Shown here one piece after another: positions 25,404-35,900 of a stretch of DNA of 64,000 nt. The notes below the pieces were generated by a model, which was given only the letters and a program-made list of their open reading frames with translations, made no database searches and was not told where the DNA came from. The stretch lies in the IMG/VR virus record IMGVR_UViG_3300045988_107309; one strand, given 5' to 3'. Made by a program: the position numbers and the translations under genes. Origin of the DNA: a virus. The first letter of the stretch is position 1. The number at the start of each line of letters is the position of its first letter.

Positions 25404-25642
25404 TGGAGTTTGTTGCATTTTTGGGGGAAGAGATATTGATTCTCTCCCCCATTGATGTAACAGTCATGGAAATTCATAATCTTGCTTATTTCTATCACTG
25501 GGGAAGAGAAGAACTCTGGAATATGCCATGCACTGAAAGAGGTGTGTGGAATGATAGAATAAAACAGCAGATTAAAGCCGAAAGTAAAAGTGGCAATAAT
25601 AGTGGTAATACTCCAAAGTCTTCTTATAAAGAAAGTAGATAA
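25403..25642 (+). CDS. tail assembly chaperone frameshift extension (GT-like C-terminal part)
   Basis: lies in the -1 frame relative to 24561-25403 with no good RBS of its own; canonical position upstream of the tape measure. Confidence 0.55.
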   Translation: MEFVAFLGEEILILSPIDVTVMEIHNLAYFYHWGREELWNMPCTERGVWNDRIKQQIKAESKSGNNSGNTPKSSYKESR

Positions 25643-25662
25643 GAAGAAAGGAGGTTTACCTC

Positions 25663-28600
25663 ATGGATTTTGGTTTAGGTCTTATTTTGTCCTTCACCGA
25701 TAATGCTTCTGCCGGAATAAATAATGCGGCTAATCAGTTAATGAGATTGTCTCAGATGGCAGAGCAGTCAACATCACAGATAAATAGAATGGCAGACTTG
25801 ACTGCTCTGAGTTCCCTCTCAGTTATGTCCGGGCAGTTAGGTGACACCTTTCTAAGTATGGGTACTTCCATTATGGGAGTATTTCAAAAGTTAATACAGG
25901 GAACGATTGATACAGGTAGCCAATTTGAGAATCTCCGTATTACAGTGAACGCTTTAACAGGTGACGCAAAGAAAGGTCAAGAAGCTGTAAGTAAGTTAAT
26001 GAGTTTTGCGGCTAAGACACCTTTTGAAATCAATGACCTGTCTGGTATGTTCACTACGATTACAGCTAATGGTCTTGACGCTTTTGGTACTATTAGAAGT
26101 GCTAAGAACGGATATGAGCAAGAGTTGATGGGATTCATTGGAGACCTTATGGCATTTAGACCAGATGTACCTGCTATGCAGTGGGGTACTGCTATCCGAA
26201 ATGCCTTTTCTGGTGAAGTACGTTCTCTTAAAAATGCACTTGACGTTGATGTTACTGGAATCTTGGGAAGAGACTGGGGTGACACACCAGAACAGATTGC
26301 ACAGGACTTTGCTGACCTTGCTGACAATCTTGGTGTTGCAGGTCTTATGATGTCAAACATGGGTACATGGTCTCAGACACTCTCTAACGTGTCCGACCAG
26401 TTCACCAGACTTTTCCTTGCAGTAGCAGACGCAGGTGTATTTAATGATTTAAAAGCGGCACTGATGGGTGTAACAGAAGCCATATTTGAAATTGATGACG
26501 CAAGTATGGCTACTATAGCGAAAGTAATTGCGGATAGTATAAGTTTTATTATAAAGCCTTTAGTGAGTGCAGGTAAAGCCATTGGTAACTTTATTAGATG
26601 GATTACGAAACTCACTACAACACAACCTAAACTTGCGAAGTTTGTGATTCAGATGGTGGCATTTGCAGGTGTTCTTTTAACCTTAACAGGTATAGCACTT
26701 AAAGTAGTTTCCTCATTGTCCGGTCTTGCCACTGTGTTTATTGCTATGGGTGGTAGCTTTGCTTCAATGAAGAGTATTCTCGTTGGAGGTTTGAAAGCAA
26801 TCACCACAAGACTACTTCCATTAGGTCTTGCCATTGGTGGTATGTATCTTGCATGGAAGACAGACTTTGCAGGTATCAGAACCTTGATTACAGGATTTGT
26901 TCAAAACCTCTCAAATTCATTTAGTACTGCCAGAAGTGCTATTGATATGAGTGTTGGTGGAATGATGAATGTAGTAACGAACCTACAGAGTAAAGGTGGT
27001 TTTTGGAATAACCTTACTGTAGGTCTTATGAAATTGATGATAGTGTGTCGAGCCTTATCAGAATTGTGGAATAGTGAAGATGGATTTACGTTAAGTGAGG
27101 ACACATTCTTAAAAGCGAAAGAGTTAGGGGTACTTCCTTTGATTGAAGCTATCCTTGACCTTAAATATAGATTCGGTTTATTCAAAGAAGGATTTATTGC
27201 AGGATTTAGAGAGGTAAGTGACAGTATCAAAAACTTCATCAGTGGTTTACAGACCAATCTTGAAGGAACATTTATTGACTCTGCACTTGATAAGCTGACC
27301 GACTTCTTTAGTCTTCTGTCCAGTGGTGACGCAGACGCATGGTATGAGTTCGGTAGAAGTTTTGGAAAATTTGCTACGAAAGCAGTGATTTTCTTTGGTG
27401 CTTTTAAAGTGTTAGACAGTGTGTTTGGTAAAGTCGCAAAAGTAGTAGGTATTGTAGGAACATTAGCGAAAGCCTTTGGTGGTGTAGGTAAAGCTATCGG
27501 TGGTATTGGAAAGTTTGTTACTAAACTCTTCCCTACCTTTACAAAACTCGGTGGTTTTATCAAATCCGCTTTTTCTGTGTTAATGTCTCCGGGCAGTTTG
27601 ACAAGTAAGTTGGGAGCAATCTTTCCTAAACTGGCAGGTATAGCTTCAAAGATTGTGCCTATCTTTACACAGACTATCGGACCTGCATTAGCAAATTTCG
27701 GAAGTACAGTTATTATGCCAGCTTTGCAGAGTATAGGTAGTGCTATCGTAGGATTCTTTAGTGGTTTATCAGCACCAGTGATTGCGGCTATTGTTGCAGT
27801 CCTCGCACCTATTATTACTTATGCAGTGACACATTGGGAGGAATTTAAAGCGAAAGTGTCTGGCATTTGGAATACACTGAAAGAAGAGGGAATGAATATC
27901 TGGAACTCCTTGAAAGACGGACTCAGTTCTATCTGGGAGAATCTCAAGACAGCAGTTCAGCCAGTGATTGACGCTTTCTTAAATCTGAAAGACAAGGTTG
28001 TAGAAGTTGCCGGAATGATTGGTAGTGCTTTTGGTAAAGTGAAAGACTTCATTGTACAGAAAGCACAGGAGATTGCAAGCAGTCCAGTGTTCCAAGCTAT
28101 CATTGGTGTACTGTCCTCTATCGGAGAGTTCCTTGTTGATACTTTAGTACCTCTGATTCAAGGTGTTGTAAGCACAATTTCCACATTCATTCAAGGTGTG
28201 TGGAATGTCATTGTCACAGTAGTTAATTCTATTGTGAACATTATAAGTTCTGCTTTAAGTGGTATTATGAACATCATCAGCGGTATTCTTGATATTATCG
28301 TGGGAATCTTTACTGGTGACTTAGATAGAATATGGCAAGGTGTTCAGAGTGTGTTTGGTGCTATCTTTAACTTTATTGGCACTATACTACAAAGTATCTG
28401 GAATGTGATTTCCTCTATTTTCAGTGCTATTGTAAACACTATCGGTACTGCTTTACAAGCAATCTGGAATGTTGTACAGGTGATTTGGAACGCAATCAAA
28501 TCTGTAGTAACTACTGTGGTAAGTGCGATTGCAAGTTTCATTAGTTCAGCATGGAATGGTATTAAAAACACCATTTCAAGTGTATTAAACGCTATCTCAA

Positions 28601-29496
28601 GTGTTGTGAACTCTATCTGGAACGGTATCAAGAACGTAATATCTAATGTGGTAAATGGTATCAAGAATGTAGTGACTACTGGATTCAATGCAGTTAAGAA
28701 TACAGTGACCTCTATCGGTTCTGGAATTAAGAGTGCAGTGTCAAGTGTGTTTAATGCAGTTAAGAACACAATCAGTAATGTAATGGACGGAGCAAAGAAT
28801 ATTGTATCTGGTGCAATCAATAAGATTTCTGGTTTCTTTACAGGTGCAAATCTTACTCTTCCAAAAATCAAATTACCTCACTTTAGTATTAGTGGTTCTT
28901 TTAGTCTGAACCCTCCGTCAATTCCTCACATTGGAGTTGAGTGGTATGCTAAAGGTGGTGTGTTTGAGAAACCAAGTGTAATCGGTGTAGGTGAAGACGG
29001 TCAAGAAGCTGTTATGCCACTTGAGAGAAATACTGGGTGGATAAGTGTACTTGCTTCTAAAGTAGGAAACCTTATTAACAGTAACAGTTCTTCAAACAAT
29101 ACACTAATCAGCAGTGTAACAGGTGCGTTTACAAGTGCTTTAAGTGGAATCTCTTCCGCAGTAAGTTCTCTCACACCTTTCCTGCCGGAAGTAAGTGTGG
29201 ATTCACCAGAACCTTTTAAACCTACTCCAACACCTCCTACTGATGGTGGAAGTCCTGTTGTTCCGGGTAACTATTACACGAATAACAACACGCAGACAAC
29301 CACTCAAGGTGGAGACACAGATAATTCAGTAACCTTTAACTCTGGTGCTATTGTAATTCAAGCAAATGGAGCGTCCGAAGCAGAAGCGGAAAGACTTGCA
29401 GACCTTATCATGGATAAGATTGCAAGAAGACAGCAGATTAAGAAGATGGCTCACTACAAGAATATCAATGCACCAGACCCAGAGTTAGCTTATTAG
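25663..29496 (+). CDS. tail tape measure protein
   Basis: 1277 aa; hydrophobic central segments; long periodic W-x-x-I/V repeats (e.g. SIWNGIKNVISNVVNGIKNVV); position. Confidence 0.85.
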   Translation: MDFGLGLILSFTDNASAGINNAANQLMRLSQMAEQSTSQINRMADLTALSSLSVMSGQLGDTFLSMGTSIMGVFQKLIQGTIDTGSQFENLRITVNALTGDAKKGQEAVSKLMSFAAKTPFEINDLSGMFTTITANGLDAFGTIRSAKNGYEQELMGFIGDLMAFRPDVPAMQWGTAIRNAFSGEVRSLKNALDVDVTGILGRDWGDTPEQIAQDFADLADNLGVAGLMMSNMGTWSQTLSNVSDQFTRLFLAVADAGVFNDLKAALMGVTEAIFEIDDASMATIAKVIADSISFIIKPLVSAGKAIGNFIRWITKLTTTQPKLAKFVIQMVAFAGVLLTLTGIALKVVSSLSGLATVFIAMGGSFASMKSILVGGLKAITTRLLPLGLAIGGMYLAWKTDFAGIRTLITGFVQNLSNSFSTARSAIDMSVGGMMNVVTNLQSKGGFWNNLTVGLMKLMIVCRALSELWNSEDGFTLSEDTFLKAKELGVLPLIEAILDLKYRFGLFKEGFIAGFREVSDSIKNFISGLQTNLEGTFIDSALDKLTDFFSLLSSGDADAWYEFGRSFGKFATKAVIFFGAFKVLDSVFGKVAKVVGIVGTLAKAFGGVGKAIGGIGKFVTKLFPTFTKLGGFIKSAFSVLMSPGSLTSKLGAIFPKLAGIASKIVPIFTQTIGPALANFGSTVIMPALQSIGSAIVGFFSGLSAPVIAAIVAVLAPIITYAVTHWEEFKAKVSGIWNTLKEEGMNIWNSLKDGLSSIWENLKTAVQPVIDAFLNLKDKVVEVAGMIGSAFGKVKDFIVQKAQEIASSPVFQAIIGVLSSIGEFLVDTLVPLIQGVVSTISTFIQGVWNVIVTVVNSIVNIISSALSGIMNIISGILDIIVGIFTGDLDRIWQGVQSVFGAIFNFIGTILQSIWNVISSIFSAIVNTIGTALQAIWNVVQVIWNAIKSVVTTVVSAIASFISSAWNGIKNTISSVLNAISSVVNSIWNGIKNVISNVVNGIKNVVTTGFNAVKNTVTSIGSGIKSAVSSVFNAVKNTISNVMDGAKNIVSGAINKISGFFTGANLTLPKIKLPHFSISGSFSLNPPSIPHIGVEWYAKGGVFEKPSVIGVGEDGQEAVMPLERNTGWISVLASKVGNLINSNSSSNNTLISSVTGAFTSALSGISSAVSSLTPFLPEVSVDSPEPFKPTPTPPTDGGSPVVPGNYYTNNNTQTTTQGGDTDNSVTFNSGAIVIQANGASEAEAERLADLIMDKIARRQQIKKMAHYKNINAPDPELAY

Positions 29497-29512
29497 GAAG
29501 GAGGAATTGACA

Positions 29513-29968
29513 GTGAGCAGAAAGTTTAATGCTAACAGTCCGGCAAAGACAAAGTGTTACTTTATCAACAACTCAACCAATGCAAAACTGGTATGTCAGT
29601 TCAATCCTACCAGTGTTCCTTATGAGAGGGAGTCAATGTTTAGTGACATTGACTCTCCCGGCATGAGTTATCCTTTAACACAGTATTCTGGTGGTAAAGT
29701 CAGAGAGTTTACAGTGGAAGTGTTTATGTATGATAAACCTTATAGTGGAAAGATTAACACAGCAAGGAAATTCTTTGAAGCACTTATGCCACCAGAATAT
29801 AATACAAGCACTTTTAAAAAGCCACCTACGGTTACTTTTGCTTATGGTTACTTTGTTAAGGTATGTGTGCTGAAAAAGTTGAAAGTAAATGACGAGTGGC
29901 TTGACAGCTACGGTAGACCTATTATGACAAGATTCACATTAACATTAAGGCAGGTGGGGAAAGTATGA
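29513..29968 (+). CDS. tail/baseplate-associated protein
   Basis: GTG 29513 lies 7 nt after GGAGGA (track start TTG 29507); position after the tape measure. Confidence 0.45.
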   Translation: MSRKFNANSPAKTKCYFINNSTNAKLVCQFNPTSVPYERESMFSDIDSPGMSYPLTQYSGGKVREFTVEVFMYDKPYSGKINTARKFFEALMPPEYNTSTFKKPPTVTFAYGYFVKVCVLKKLKVNDEWLDSYGRPIMTRFTLTLRQVGKV

Positions 29969-30261
29969 TGTACGAAAATTCAAGATACCTGCAAACACCA
30001 TTGTACACAAGGAATGGTAACTCAAGTCCGATACTGAAAATGCGGAGCAGATTTAGTTTTAATATTGCTAATGCTACAGTGCATGAGTGGGTAGAAGGTG
30101 ACACCTTAGATGGTGTTGCCTATAAGTATTATGGAGTATGTGCTTTAAGATGGGCGATTTTAGACGCAAATCCTAAATACAGGACAGAGTTTGATATTGA
30201 GTATGGTGACAGAATCTTTATCCCGGCTTATGATGAAGTCTTAGAAATCGTAAACGTGTAG
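29965..30261 (+). CDS. LysM-like tail protein (P2 gpX-like)
   Basis: EGDTLDGVAYKYYG...WAILDANP...GDRIFIP LysM-like motif; about 98 aa as for gpX. Confidence 0.55.
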   Translation: MMYENSRYLQTPLYTRNGNSSPILKMRSRFSFNIANATVHEWVEGDTLDGVAYKYYGVCALRWAILDANPKYRTEFDIEYGDRIFIPAYDEVLEIVNV

Positions 30262-30271
30262 GAGGTGTTCT

Positions 30272-31111
30272 ATGTCAAGCTATAAAAATGGAGAACTTCT
30301 TGCAATCGAATATGGTGTATGGATAAGTGGTAAAAAGTTGGGAATGGATAAAAAGCAGTGTATCAATAACATTCAGATAACAGAGACAGTGGACGGTTCT
30401 GATATGTGTGTTATTAAGATTGCTGACCCGGAGTTTCTTTACATTGAGGATAATATCTTCATTGAAGACAACAAGATAAAAGTACAGTTAGGTTGGGTGG
30501 GAGTTTCCTACAGAGTTAAATTTGAGGGATATATCTCTGCTATTGATATTATCTTTCAAGAGAGTGGTCTTCCTCTTTTAACAGTTACCTGTATGGATAA
30601 CACTCACTTAATGAACCGGAAGAAAAAGAGTAACACTTTCAAAGACACCACCAGTGCAAAAGTGGTTCAAAAAATCGTGAAAGAATACGGTTTTAAGTGT
30701 GTGATTGAAAGTGGATATGATTTTGAGAAGCAAGAGACTATCACACAATCAGACCAGACGGATATTGACTTTATTACTCAGTTAGCAGGTAATGAAGTTT
30801 ATCCATTTACAGCAAGACTTGTGGGGAACACCTTTTACTATGTGAAGAAAGGTCACTTGGAGAATCCTAAAATGACCTTGACCTATTTAAGTTATCCGCA
30901 TGACCTTATCAGTTTTAGTCCGAAGATTAACAAGGAATCTGCTCAAGTCGAAGTTGGTTCTTCTGTGGTTAAATCTTCTAACAAGAAGCTGAGTTCTACG
31001 AAGGTTACTTCTACAAGAACAACAGACAGTAAGACAAAGAACACTCCAAGCGGAGGTTCTTCCAGTGGTAAGACGTACACTTATGACCCTAACAAGAAAA
31101 CGTGGAGTTAA
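30272..31111 (+). CDS. baseplate hub protein (late control gpD-like), S/T-rich C-terminus
   Basis: position between gpX-like and spike; weak similarity by eye only. Confidence 0.4.
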   Translation: MSSYKNGELLAIEYGVWISGKKLGMDKKQCINNIQITETVDGSDMCVIKIADPEFLYIEDNIFIEDNKIKVQLGWVGVSYRVKFEGYISAIDIIFQESGLPLLTVTCMDNTHLMNRKKKSNTFKDTTSAKVVQKIVKEYGFKCVIESGYDFEKQETITQSDQTDIDFITQLAGNEVYPFTARLVGNTFYYVKKGHLENPKMTLTYLSYPHDLISFSPKINKESAQVEVGSSVVKSSNKKLSSTKVTSTRTTDSKTKNTPSGGSSSGKTYTYDPNKKTWS

Positions 31112-31127
31112 AAGGAGGTGAGATTTA

Positions 31128-31796
31128 ATGGCTCGAAGTGGTTCAATGACCTATGACCCGACTACAGGTAAATGGTCTTCCAGTGGTGGAGGTACTTCTT
31201 CCTCTAACAGTAGCAGTGGTAACAAACAACCCTCTTCTGGAAGTGGTAATACAAAACCGTCCTCAAGTAGTGGTGGAAATATGACCTCAAGTAATTCTGA
31301 CCCGAACTCTTCTACAGGTAGTGCGGAGAAGAAATACAACACGATTGAGTACAATATTCTCACAGGTCAGCTAAAGTTTATTGCTACACCAGAGACCATT
31401 AAACTCACAGCCGGAGACACTGTAAAGTTGAATGGTTTAGGTAAGTATTTGTCCGGTCTGTATTATGTGCAAGATGTAACCAGACAGATAAGTAAAGAGG
31501 GATATTCCCATACAGCCACAGTTATTAAGACAGACTTTGGAAACTCTTTAAAGAAGACTTCTACAAGTACTGTGGATAAGAAAGTTCCAGAGAAGAAAAA
31601 GGAAACACAACCTGCTAAGAAACCTACACAGACTTCACAGCGTATTCATTACCTTAAAGCCGGAGAATGTTTGTGGAGTGTTGCTCAGAAATATTATGGA
31701 AGTGGGGCACAATATCCTAAGATTGCAAATGCAAATAATATCAGTCCATCACAGTATAGGAGACTTCCTATTGGTTTGAAACTGATTATCCCATAA
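31128..31796 (+). CDS. Ser/Gly-rich protein with C-terminal LysM domain
   Basis: C-terminal YLKAGECLWSVAQKYYGSGAQYPKIANANNISPSQYRRLPIGLKLIIP is a LysM domain. Confidence 0.6.
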   Translation: MARSGSMTYDPTTGKWSSSGGGTSSSNSSSGNKQPSSGSGNTKPSSSSGGNMTSSNSDPNSSTGSAEKKYNTIEYNILTGQLKFIATPETIKLTAGDTVKLNGLGKYLSGLYYVQDVTRQISKEGYSHTATVIKTDFGNSLKKTSTSTVDKKVPEKKKETQPAKKPTQTSQRIHYLKAGECLWSVAQKYYGSGAQYPKIANANNISPSQYRRLPIGLKLIIP

Positions 31797-31811
31797 GGAG
31801 GTGAAATAGAA

Positions 31812-32360
31812 ATGTCCACAACGTATGCAGGATTTTATAAGGGTATTGTCAGTAATACCAATGACCCAGAAAAGAGGGGTAGAATAAAATGTTTGATACC
31901 AGATGTTCTTGGTGATAAAATAGAAAGTGCATGGTGTGAGCCTTGTGTTCCAGTAGCTTATGACACAGGTGGAGATTTCTGTCTCCCTCAACCAAAAGAA
32001 ACAATTTGGATTGCCTTTGAAAAAGGAGACCCAAATTTTCCTGTGTATTTAGGTAATTGGTGGCAGAAAGAGACCACTCCTTTAGGAAAGAGTTATGGTT
32101 CTTCTAAAGACAAGGTTAGAATTATCAACTATGCAGACTGCACTATCACTATGAAAGATGGTGAGATTGTAATAAATGTTGGAGCAGGAGTTAGTGATTT
32201 AAAGATTGTTCATAATCAAGTAACCATTGATGGTGCTTTAGTAGTGAATGGAAATATCTCCTGTTACAATCTTAGTGCAGGAAATGTCGGTGCTTATGTC
32301 GGTAAGAATGGTGGAGGTATTGTTCATGCAGATGTAAGAGTTGACGCACCTAATGTATAA
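31812..32360 (+). CDS. baseplate spike / assembly protein V (gp5 OB-fold type)
   Basis: FYKGIVSNTNDPEKRGRIKCLIPDVLGD...WCEPCVP...IWIAFEKGDPNFPVYLG typical of Phage_base_V. Confidence 0.7.
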   Translation: MSTTYAGFYKGIVSNTNDPEKRGRIKCLIPDVLGDKIESAWCEPCVPVAYDTGGDFCLPQPKETIWIAFEKGDPNFPVYLGNWWQKETTPLGKSYGSSKDKVRIINYADCTITMKDGEIVINVGAGVSDLKIVHNQVTIDGALVVNGNISCYNLSAGNVGAYVGKNGGGIVHADVRVDAPNV

Positions 32361-32374
32361 AGGAGGAATCAGTT

Positions 32375-32785
32375 ATGCCTACAAGTGGTTTTAGAGGTAT
32401 CAGTTATCCTTTCAGAATTGGACCTCAAGGTGGTGTAGTAATGTCAACCACAAGTGCTACAGACCCAACACATATTGTGGAAAGTCTGAGACAGATATTT
32501 GGAACTCATTACTTACAGAGAGTAATGGAAGCTGAAATCTATTCAGAACTTATCAATGTGGTGTTTGAACCGAATGATGAAACACTGCAAGCAATAGCAA
32601 AGACAAGAATCATGGACGCTATTGAAAGACTTGAGGATAGAGTAGAGTCTTCTGAGGACAATATTCAATTCACAGTAGAAACAACAGACAGAGGTAGCTT
32701 TCTCTTTGCTACCATAACTTTTAAAATTATCAAGTATGAGACTTGGTACACAGCAAAATTTGAGGTAGGTGAGGTAAATGAGTAG
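32375..32785 (+). CDS. baseplate wedge protein (GPW/gp25-like)
   Basis: GISYPFRIGPQGGV N-terminal motif; about 136 aa; upstream of baseplate J. Confidence 0.6.
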   Translation: MPTSGFRGISYPFRIGPQGGVVMSTTSATDPTHIVESLRQIFGTHYLQRVMEAEIYSELINVVFEPNDETLQAIAKTRIMDAIERLEDRVESSEDNIQFTVETTDRGSFLFATITFKIIKYETWYTAKFEVGEVNE

Positions 32786-34256
32786 AAAACCAACACAAGG
32801 TATTGATTACACAAGTAGAGACTATGAAGCATACAGAACCCTTTTAATACAGGAGTTACAGAAACGTATGCCGGAGTACACTGATACAAGCCAGACTGAC
32901 GCAGGTATTGTCATTATTGAGTGCCTTGCTAACGGTCTGGATATTTGTAGTTTATACAGTGATGTGATTGCAAATGACTGTTTCTTGCCTACCACACAGG
33001 ATAGAAGAATTGCGGTGTTGTTAGCAAGACAGTTAAGGTATATCGCAAAGAATCAAACAGCCAGTGTTATCCAACAGGTATTTGTTTTAGGTAATGTGAT
33101 GGACAGAGACATTATCATTCCTAAAGGTAGTGTTGTTCACACAGCCGAAAGCACTGATATGGTTATTGTTTATTTTGAGACTACAGATGACCTTATCATT
33201 CCTGCCGGAGAACTTGGTGATGAAAAGACAGAAGACGGTGAGTATAAGTATATGATTACTGTACAGCAAGGAACTTCTGTCAATGAAGACCTTTTAGGTA
33301 CTTCAAACGGTCAACCTTATCAGTCCTTTAAACTGAATTATCAAGAGGTGCTTACAGACTCTATTCAGTTGATGATTGATGAAGGTAATGGATTTGAGTT
33401 GTGGACTCAAGTGAACACCTTTATTGACAGTGATGAAACAAGTAAACACTACACTGTGATAGTGGACGAATTTGATAACTGCTATGTTGAGTTTGGTAGT
33501 GGTGCAAGGGGTAAAATTCCTGCTATCTTTGACAATGGTATTATTGCTTCATATAGAACTGGTGGAGGAACTATTGGTAACGTGAAAGCAAACACTATCA
33601 TTGAACTGTCAGAGAGTGTAGCTTATGTGGAGAAGACTTTTAACCCTTATCCACCTTTAGTACTCGGTCACGAAAAAGAAAGTATTGAGGAGATTAGAGA
33701 AAATGCTCCTGCCGCTTTTAGGACTCAAGACAGAGCAATCACAGCACAGGACTATGCAGACCTTTTAAGAATCAATTTCTATGAGGTGTTGTCTGCTAAA
33801 GGTGTTCCAGATGAAACCACAAAACTGAAAATGAATGTGTTCTATCTTATGAGACAAGATTATGAAATGACGGAGGAACTTCTGGAAAAGATTGCAGTGT
33901 TCTTTGACTCAAGAATTATTCCGGGAACTTCTTATCAGTTTAAAGACCATGAGGAGTACAAAGTTAATCTTACTGCTAACCTTATCATTGATGATGACTA
34001 TGACAAGGCTACTATTACAGACTATGTGGAAGACTATGTGAAGAACACTTTCTTTGCTTATGGAAACATGAAGTTTGACACTAAGTTTGCAAAGTCTGAA
34101 TTGGAGAGTCAAGTGAGAGAAACTTTTGCCGGAGTTGAGTCCTTTAGAATAATCTCCCCGGACAGTGATATAATCTCCCCGGATAGTGAAAGTAAGATTA
34201 TCACTTTAGGAACACTCACATTAAATGTAACAGGTGGTAAAGTGAAGGAGGTGTAG
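32778..34256 (+). CDS. baseplate J-like protein
   Basis: DYTSRDYEAYRTLLIQELQKRMPEYTDTSQTDAGIVIIECLA start typical of the Baseplate_J family; size and position. Confidence 0.7.
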   Translation: MSRKPTQGIDYTSRDYEAYRTLLIQELQKRMPEYTDTSQTDAGIVIIECLANGLDICSLYSDVIANDCFLPTTQDRRIAVLLARQLRYIAKNQTASVIQQVFVLGNVMDRDIIIPKGSVVHTAESTDMVIVYFETTDDLIIPAGELGDEKTEDGEYKYMITVQQGTSVNEDLLGTSNGQPYQSFKLNYQEVLTDSIQLMIDEGNGFELWTQVNTFIDSDETSKHYTVIVDEFDNCYVEFGSGARGKIPAIFDNGIIASYRTGGGTIGNVKANTIIELSESVAYVEKTFNPYPPLVLGHEKESIEEIRENAPAAFRTQDRAITAQDYADLLRINFYEVLSAKGVPDETTKLKMNVFYLMRQDYEMTEELLEKIAVFFDSRIIPGTSYQFKDHEEYKVNLTANLIIDDDYDKATITDYVEDYVKNTFFAYGNMKFDTKFAKSELESQVRETFAGVESFRIISPDSDIISPDSESKIITLGTLTLNVTGGKVKEV

Positions 34257-34259
34257 TAT

Positions 34260-35885
34260 ATGTCAAAAGTAATGGACAGCAAAACATTCAGTGGAAAATT
34301 ATATAATACACTTCCTGTTATGTACCACAATGCTGACAGTATGGTTGACTATGCCCTCAAGAGATATTTACAGGTGTTATCTGACGGAGGATATTCCTTT
34401 GTAGTAGATGAACTGAATGGTATCTTAAATCTGAATGACCCAGAGAGAACTCCGTCCGAAGTGTTAGGTATTCTCTTTGAGCAGTATGGTTTACCTCTGT
34501 TCAATGGTATTCCAGAAGTATATCTGAGAAAGTTACTTCCTATCCTCGGAGACCTGTATGCCAGAAAAGGTGCTACTACAGTTATTGAATACCTTACTTC
34601 TATTATTTCTGATGTAAAAACGGATATTGTGATTAGTCCAGATTTTTTGAATGACTATCACATTGACCTTAAACTGGAAATGGACTACGACCAGACAGGT
34701 GCAAGAGACTTACCAGATAGAGAACAACTCCTTAGAATTATTAAGGAGTTTTTGCCGTTCTTTATTGAGGTTACTATTGTCTTTGTGTATATGTTCTATG
34801 AGTCAGCAAAACTTCAAGGGAGAGAGAGTTTTGAGGACTATGTTACAGAAGTGAGAAGTGAGCATAGCAGACTTCTTAGTGGTAATAAAGAAGGACTGTT
34901 CCCCACTCTCAATAACTTTGATTTAGGACTTAACAAAAGTATTTATCTGAATGAGTCTTATTACTATGATGTAGAGGTAGACTGGTTTAAAGACCACATT
35001 CTTACACACATTCTTGAGACTGGAACTCTTAACAGAAGCAAGTCTTGTGAGTACTACACTGGAACTTTAAACAATCCGGTGAAAGTGTTGAACCAGAGTG
35101 TTATTCTGAATGAGTGTATGGATTCTGATGAACTGGTTTCCACTGACATTGTAATTAAGCCACAGTTGGATAAGGTTAATCTCAAGCCTATAGAGTTTGC
35201 AGAGAATACCATGACCGAAATTTTGGAGGAAGAGACTGGTGTTCCGTCTGTAGGTATTCCAGATGAATATAATGCCCGATTTAAGATAGGTGCTACATTT
35301 GGTACAGCAGTATTTGGTAATGATGACTTCATTGTAGAAGTTGAAGAGTATATGGATAAGGTCACTTTCATTCAAAGTGATTCCGCAACTCTTAAACATG
35401 ACTCTTCTACAGGACTCTTTAAGGGTGTTCTTAACAATTACACTATCCGAATGAATGATAACCTGTACACTAATGAGGGTGTTGATACTGATGATGTGGT
35501 TGACAGAGTAAGTCTTAGTGATGTTGCTGAACTTGGTGCTACAGAGAAGAAGACACTGTACATGGTTCTCAATCCATTCAGTTATTATGCTACACTCAAC
35601 ACTGGTTTTCTTCTCAATAAAGACCTCATTACAAATGAGAGTCATACTGATATTGGTGAAGTAGTCTGTGCGGAGAATTTTGAAGATGTTCCAATGGACT
35701 CCTATTCTGACACAGAGACTTTCAGTTCCAGTGAGAAAGATGAAGAAATCATGGCATTTACTAATTTAGGTGTCTGTGCTTTAAATCACATGATATTGAA
35801 TAGTATTCCGGCTTATGATAAAATCATTGTGGGTGGAAAAGAAACAGTAGTGTACCCAACACAATACGGTTGTATATCAACATAA
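34260..35885 (+). CDS. baseplate/tail fibre-attachment protein (gpI-like)
   Basis: position after baseplate J; N-terminal LYNTLPVMYHNAD...LKRYLQVL pattern. Confidence 0.45.
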   Translation: MSKVMDSKTFSGKLYNTLPVMYHNADSMVDYALKRYLQVLSDGGYSFVVDELNGILNLNDPERTPSEVLGILFEQYGLPLFNGIPEVYLRKLLPILGDLYARKGATTVIEYLTSIISDVKTDIVISPDFLNDYHIDLKLEMDYDQTGARDLPDREQLLRIIKEFLPFFIEVTIVFVYMFYESAKLQGRESFEDYVTEVRSEHSRLLSGNKEGLFPTLNNFDLGLNKSIYLNESYYYDVEVDWFKDHILTHILETGTLNRSKSCEYYTGTLNNPVKVLNQSVILNECMDSDELVSTDIVIKPQLDKVNLKPIEFAENTMTEILEEETGVPSVGIPDEYNARFKIGATFGTAVFGNDDFIVEVEEYMDKVTFIQSDSATLKHDSSTGLFKGVLNNYTIRMNDNLYTNEGVDTDDVVDRVSLSDVAELGATEKKTLYMVLNPFSYYATLNTGFLLNKDLITNESHTDIGEVVCAENFEDVPMDSYSDTETFSSSEKDEEIMAFTNLGVCALNHMILNSIPAYDKIIVGGKETVVYPTQYGCIST

Positions 35886-35900
35886 AGGAGGTAAAAGTAA

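Noticed and set aside
28150-28800. Regularly spaced repeats that might look like a CRISPR array
   Set aside because: The repeats are imperfect, have about 33-nt periodicity with no unique spacers, and lie inside the tape measure ORF, in frame. They are a protein-level repeat.
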